From Ignicoccus islandicus DSM 13165 (GTDB lineage Archaea; Thermoproteota; Thermoprotei_A; Sulfolobales; Ignicoccaceae), in NCBI RefSeq assembly GCF_001481685.1, contig NZ_CP006867.1:1290001-1322000 (forward strand): DNA of 32,000 nt, written 5' to 3'. Position numbers and translations under genes: made by a program. Positions 29,131-32,000 of this stretch are shown here, piece after piece (position 1 is the stretch's first letter; each line of letters begins with the position of its first letter). Below the pieces are notes generated by a model. It was not told the DNA's origin. It worked only from the letters and a program-made list of their open reading frames with translations, and searched no databases.

Positions 29131-30174
29131 TTAGGAGTTTGGAAGACCCATCTTAGTTTTGCTGCGAGAATTTCTTGATACCTTGGTTGACATTCTCTTA
29201 GGAATGTAAAGCCTTGAAATTCTTTTCCTTAACCTCTTTACCTCGTCTGTATAGTTTGAATAGAAGTTCTTTTCGTAATCTAAGTTCCATAAATTGTAGG
29301 GTTTCCTCATTTCATTAACTTTAAGAAAGGCGTCTTCAATCAATTGAACCTTCTCGTTTTCAGATAGATAAGGATTCCGTAGTATCTCCTTTGTATCAAC
29401 GTATTCTGAGAACGAGTTTAAACATGGATAGAGTTTACCATCGGGCGAAACTCTAATTCTCATACATCCGGCGCAAAAAAGGGGATTTGACACGGGCTGA
29501 ACTATCTCGATGACGCTACCCGAAACGATGTACCTAAGCCTGTAATGAAGTGGACGGACTTCTACTCTAGATGCTTGCGTTTCAAGGAACTTTAGTACTT
29601 CTTGTGGAAACGTATGGTATATATTGAAGTTACTTTTAGCTTTACCTACTGGATGTAGTTCTATTAAATGGATATTGAAATCATTATTTATGGCAAACTT
29701 AATTATATCAAATATCTCTTTATCGTTTATTCCTTTTAACACAGTAAAATTAATGAAGACTGGTATATCGTATTCCTTTACTTCCATTAGACCTTCTAAA
29801 ACTCGGTTAAGAGCGTCTACGCCTGTGATTAGCTTAAATCTTTCTCTATTTAATGAATGTAGACTTACGTTAATTCTCTTCAATCCAGCTTGAACTAGCT
29901 CTTTCGCTTGATCTCTTAATAGATATCCATTCGTGCTTACACCAATATTTTCGTAACCGTAATTATTTAGTTCGCTAATTAGTTCCACGAGACCTTTCTT
30001 TAGTAACGGTTCGCCTCCAGTAATTTTTACGTCCTCTGCACCTAACTTGCGTGCTATTCGTGCTATAATTGAGAATTCATACCATTCCAGTTCATCTTTT
30101 ATAAGACCATCTATCCCTTCTCTATGACAGAAGAAACAATTGAAGTTGCAAGCGTAAGTTATAGATATTCTCAA
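29131..30174 (-). CDS. moaA: GTP 3',8-cyclase (radical SAM, molybdenum cofactor biosynthesis)
   Basis: LRISITYACNFNCFFCHREG (CxxxCxxC), ITGGEPLL, a C-terminal CxxC (FCAGCMRIRVSPDGKLYPCL), and a basic C-terminal tail. The listed start is TTG, and family-like sequence continues upstream (see findings). Confidence 0.85.
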   Translation of the reverse strand: MRISITYACNFNCFFCHREGIDGLIKDELEWYEFSIIARIARKLGAEDVKITGGEPLLKKGLVELISELNNYGYENIGVSTNGYLLRDQAKELVQAGLKRINVSLHSLNRERFKLITGVDALNRVLEGLMEVKEYDIPVFINFTVLKGINDKEIFDIIKFAINNDFNIHLIELHPVGKAKSNFNIYHTFPQEVLKFLETQASRVEVRPLHYRLRYIVSGSVIEIVQPVSNPLFCAGCMRIRVSPDGKLYPCLNSFSEYVDTKEILRNPYLSENEKVQLIEDAFLKVNEMRKPYNLWNLDYEKNFYSNYTDEVKRLRKRISRLYIPKRMSTKVSRNSRSKTKMGLPNS

Positions 30175-30291
30175 TGATTTAAAGGGTCGTCCATATGAAT
30201 CGTAAAGTACGTTTATGTTATCATTTAGTTCAATTGCTAGGACCCCATCGTAATTCGATGAGATATTTAGAAGTTTTTAGTAACATTGCTA

Positions 30292-30768
30292 CTACTTTAC
30301 ACTTATAAAGTACGTCTCAATGAAAGCTGCGATCAATAAATATAATATGCCTTTCAGAAAGGATCTCTTACTTCCTTTGAGAGCTAAGGCGTATGCGTAA
30401 AGTTCCAAAATTGTATGGGCACCTAATATGACCGATAAAGGGTAACTTTTCGAAATATGCCTAGCCACTAATGCAGTAATGGTTATTACGTATCCTAAAT
30501 AGAGCTCCTTAAGTAAGGCAGTTAAGGTTAATACAAGGAAATTGTTTGTGAAAATCTTCACATAGATCTCAAGAGCACTACCAACGATTAAATTCTCGAT
30601 GCGTTCGTACGCCATCCTCGAAAGGAATGTTTCACATCTCCCTATTGATGCTACTGCTGCTATCGTAACCCATTCAACCAAAGTTATCTTCAAAGGATCC
30701 AACTTCCTTAATCGAAGACCGTAGTATATGAGAGATACCGTGATGGGCACTAGTTCACAGAGTATCAA
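30292..30768 (-). CDS. Polytopic membrane protein, SpoIIM/DUF95-like
   Basis: Four to five hydrophobic helices. KIFTNNFLVLTLTALL and GAHTILELYAYALAL resemble the DUF95 'IFxNNxxV' and 'HGxxELxA' motifs. Confidence 0.45.
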   Translation of the reverse strand: MILCELVPITVSLIYYGLRLRKLDPLKITLVEWVTIAAVASIGRCETFLSRMAYERIENLIVGSALEIYVKIFTNNFLVLTLTALLKELYLGYVITITALVARHISKSYPLSVILGAHTILELYAYALALKGSKRSFLKGILYLLIAAFIETYFISVK

Positions 30769-30771
30769 CTA

Positions 30772-31194
30772 TCATCCACCATATGGAACTAATAAGAGGA
30801 TTCCCTCTCGAATTGCCTTGTTTAAAGATGAGGTTTCAATGTAAACGGATATTGGAAGCCATGGTTCTGGTGTAAAACCAGATAAGGAATATGATAAGGT
30901 AATCCATCCGTTCGTATACTTCACTTCTTTGATACTTCGATTAGTACTAACTAACTTCAACATAGTAGGGCATTCATATAGAATTGAGTATGCTCTCGTC
31001 CCCCATACGTGATATCCCCAGCCTTTGCAATTTCCATATACTCTGATAGAAGGATCGTGTTCTACTATAATACATTTCTTCTCATCATTTTCCAATAGGA
31101 TGGAAACTATCTCAACGTCTTCTTTACCTTCTAACATCTTCTCTATTTTGATATGACGACAGTTTCCCTTACTCTTTCCCTTTAACATAATCAA
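30772..31194 (-). CDS. Hypothetical protein
   Basis: 140-codon ORF ending 3 nt upstream of the membrane-protein gene. I recognise no family. Confidence 0.35.
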   Translation of the reverse strand: MIMLKGKSKGNCRHIKIEKMLEGKEDVEIVSILLENDEKKCIIVEHDPSIRVYGNCKGWGYHVWGTRAYSILYECPTMLKLVSTNRSIKEVKYTNGWITLSYSLSGFTPEPWLPISVYIETSSLNKAIREGILLLVPYGG

Positions 31195-31242
31195 TGGACA
31201 CCAACCAAAATCAATAAGTTCATAATATTAAGGCAATAACGC

Positions 31243-32000
31243 ATGTCCTTTAAGGGTACAACTGATTTGCCATGGCTTAGCATCAGAGATAAAGACGACG
31301 AGGATATACCGGTTCCGTATCCGTTTATAACCAAAATGGGTGTCAGTGATCTCTATATAATAGTACTTAAAATAGATCTAAACGTCTATACGCAACTAAT
31401 AAGATCGTTACTAGACTACTTGTACAACAAAGGTGTTGATGTAATTCATATAGTTAGAGGTAACATCGATGCTAAGAGTAAGTCGATTACGTATATATTA
31501 TTGGTAAATATGAAAAACGCCACAACGAACATCGAGGCACTGAAAGAGGATCTACGAAAGATAGATGGAGTAAAGAAGGTTATAGTCGGTAGCGAAAGAT
31601 TGTCCGACATACTGTTATTTCCAAACGCATTCCCTATCTTTACTTTCGAAAGAAGCATAATAATTCCATTGACAATGATTAAAGCGTTCTTTAACGCAAT
31701 AGCTGCCTACTTCAAACAACCGGCATTAGCCGCGAGCACATTATATCAACTTGGATTTAGAATAGGGTTTTCGCTCACTGAATTCTTAAGCGAAACGAGT
31801 GGTCATACAGGCGAAGTGCTATTGAGGGACGTTTTGGATTTCCTAAAAGCACAAGGCATAGGGTCCTTCGAATACAAGGCGAGAAATCTGGGGACACCTA
31901 AAGGTGAAATCATTATAAAAATGACGCATGGCATAGAAACTGCTGCTTCAAACTTGCCAGCGCCTAGATGTCATCTAACTAGAGGCATATTGAGTGGGGT
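31243..32000 (+). CDS. V4R-domain (4-vinyl reductase-like) protein, 5' part; the gene continues beyond the window and is not in the ORF track
   Basis: ATG at 31243, then 252 sense codons with no stop to the window edge (MSFKGTTDLPWLSIRDKDD...). The C-terminal portion QLGFRIGFSLTEFL...IIIKMTHGIETAASNLPAPRCHLTRGILSG matches the V4R pattern, with Cys followed by xxxxGxLxG. Confidence 0.6.
   Translation, partial: MSFKGTTDLPWLSIRDKDDEDIPVPYPFITKMGVSDLYIIVLKIDLNVYTQLIRSLLDYLYNKGVDVIHIVRGNIDAKSKSITYILLVNMKNATTNIEALKEDLRKIDGVKKVIVGSERLSDILLFPNAFPIFTFERSIIIPLTMIKAFFNAIAAYFKQPALAASTLYQLGFRIGFSLTEFLSETSGHTGEVLLRDVLDFLKAQGIGSFEYKARNLGTPKGEIIIKMTHGIETAASNLPAPRCHLTRGILSG

Noticed and set aside
30772-31194. 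The 140-aa orphan ends in ...VPYGG, a C-terminal diglycine reminiscent of ubiquitin-like modifiers.
   Set aside because: The protein is too long and lacks the beta-grasp sequence pattern. A terminal GG alone is not evidence for a modifier.
31446-31658. 70-aa minus-strand ORF.
   Set aside because: It is antisense to the uninterrupted 252-codon V4R-domain frame that starts at 31243 and has far better coding character.

Overview
This is a dense, almost gap-free chromosomal segment from an AT-rich archaeon (about 40% G+C by eye, not computed). The gene set points to a crenarchaeote (Thermoproteota): a PolB1/Dpo1-type family-B DNA polymerase, FEN1, ATP-dependent DNA ligase, Cdc48, TiaS, ribosomal protein eS30, SBDS and aconitase-X-type phosphomevalonate dehydratase. 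I support about 36 protein-coding genes. Two are absent from the supplied ORF track: a 48-codon eS30 gene at 5576..5722, and a V4R-domain gene running off the right edge at 31243..32000. A third, the UbiA-family gene listed as 193..579, actually runs off the left edge from base 1. I found no rRNA, tRNA, CRISPR array, transposase/integrase, long repeat or recognisable defence or toxin-antitoxin module, so this reads as core housekeeping DNA rather than an accessory island. Content covers histidine, threonine, phenylalanine and purine biosynthesis, the archaeal mevalonate pathway, replication and Okazaki-fragment maturation, ribosome biogenesis, Moco synthesis and glycolysis. The points worth a second look are listed here. 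(1) The only sizeable non-coding stretch (15635..15838) is locally GC-rich and holds two candidate structured RNA elements. (2) A membrane-anchored Zc3h12a-like NYN RNase. (3) An uncharacterised pair: a membrane-anchored HExxH...E peptidase-like protein followed by a 536-aa beta-rich protein. (4) A ThiS/MoaD-like beta-grasp protein ending in Arg-Gly rather than Gly-Gly. (5) A tightly linked cdc48, small winged-helix, fen1, polB block, with PIP-like motifs at both PolB termini. (6) MoaA homology that continues upstream of any canonical start codon. (7) Repeated 3'-end overlap of convergent genes. All functional calls come from motif recognition by eye; no database search was run.
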